This document shows, piece after piece, positions 63,167 to 64,000 of a DNA stretch of 64,000 bases. Numbering within the stretch: position 1 is the stretch's first letter; each line of letters starts with the position of its first letter. The notes below the pieces were generated by a model that saw nothing but the letters and a program-made list of their open reading frames with translations, had not been told where the DNA came from and searched no databases. The stretch spans positions 1-64,000 of the forward strand of contig AP026172.1 in assembly GCA_030295235.1 (NCBI GenBank). The letters run 5' to 3'. The DNA comes from Fistulifera solaris. Lineage: Eukaryota. The position numbers and the translations under genes are program-made.

Positions 63167-64000
63167 ACACTGCTCTTCGGATCCTTCTTGCCGATAATTT
63201 CCTTTCCTTTTACCAACAAAGTTCGGCGCCTTTGCTGGTAACTGCAAACCAGTTCTTGGATGATTGTGGCAGAGCTCATGTGTTGCGAGATGAGCCACGC
63301 GTTCTCTGCTCGGCTACGACTGCCGTTTTCTCTTCTTCATCTAGGTGAGGCTATTCTTTTGTACATCTCTACCTCATTTGATGATGATTCGTCGAGAACC
63401 TAATCGTCCTGATGTTCTTATGTCGATCATAGAGATGCCGCTCGATTAGCTTGTTGCCACCTGGGGTTTGCCCTTTAACCGTGTTTTAAACCTACGCAAT
63501 GGCACGGTTTCGGAGTTTTTTACCATGGAAATTTAGCTGGAAGATCTTGCGATCTCAAAGTCGAAACCATCCGTGACCCATCCGGATTGTCTTGATGAAT
63601 TAAAGCCAGAAGACTTGTGTGTTGACGTGGATGAAGCAAAGGTGGAAGCTCCTCAAGGAGTAACACTTATCATCGACGTTTCGGGAAACCATGATGATGA
63701 TCCTATCGCCATTAACGCTTCTGTAGCATTGAATACGCCAGTCGTGACCATCGTTAATTCTCTCGATGGAGCACGTAATTGCCTTCGACTCCAGAAAACT
63801 ATCTCGGTACCATCGATCGATTTGCAAGTCAATGGGAGAGCTTACTGCGTGAGTACGAGGTTATCCCAGCAAATCTTTATTTCCCGAAGTGCTCCGATGG
63901 CAAAATCGAAGCGAGTTGTGCCAAGGACACGCTATACAAAGTTGACTTTTTCTTACTGGAATGGTACGGGTACCAACAATTGAAAGATGATCCGGAAGGG

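Larger units (their letters stand above)
57767..64000 (+). pseudogene. Gene interrupted by the copia element; putative periplasmic-binding-type (TroA/FBP1-like) protein
   Basis: Frame MKRGRD...ILLCLSTL continues as LFGSFLPII across the removed element; downstream FLDDCGRAH...PRVLCSATTAVSLLHL, intron 63345-63432, LVATWG; two in-frame TAG codons. Confidence 0.45.

Noticed and set aside
63440..63540. In-frame TAG codons as a stop-codon reassignment
   Set aside because: Other genes in the window appear to end at TAG; decay of an interrupted gene is simpler
1..64000. CRISPR arrays, rRNA or tRNA genes
   Set aside because: No repeat-spacer array or recognisable structural RNA seen; the context is eukaryotic nuclear DNA

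Overview
This window is the left end of a eukaryotic chromosome, most likely a diatom (inferred from TTAGGG telomeres, an ASAF-type plastid-targeting presequence, short GT-AG introns and a diatom-style Ty1/copia element). It opens with a (CCCTAA)n telomere, a TTGCAC satellite, a decayed transposon-like remnant and internal telomere relics. These are followed by UBA1, a glycan-modification neighbourhood (three GT8-like paralogues, another GT-A enzyme, a sulfotransferase-like gene), RPS10 and a C4C4-RING plus chromodomain gene. The most striking block is 18.5-46.8 kb: a divergently arranged array of five paralogues built as a long Ser/Arg-rich disordered N-terminus, a C2 domain and two TerD-like domains, interleaved with five stand-alone Ser/Arg-rich ORFs, some resembling the N-terminal parts of the same family. 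Further right are an HSF transcription factor, a POT1-like OB-fold candidate, a bacterial-type CBM6-CBM6-GH5 glucanase, a glyoxalase II-like metallo-beta-lactamase, and a young full-length copia element that interrupts a probable solute-binding-protein gene. Many genes, including essential ones, carry single-base frameshifts, so the assembly probably has long-read indel errors and pseudogene calls are tentative. All domain calls are by eye from motifs; no database search was run.
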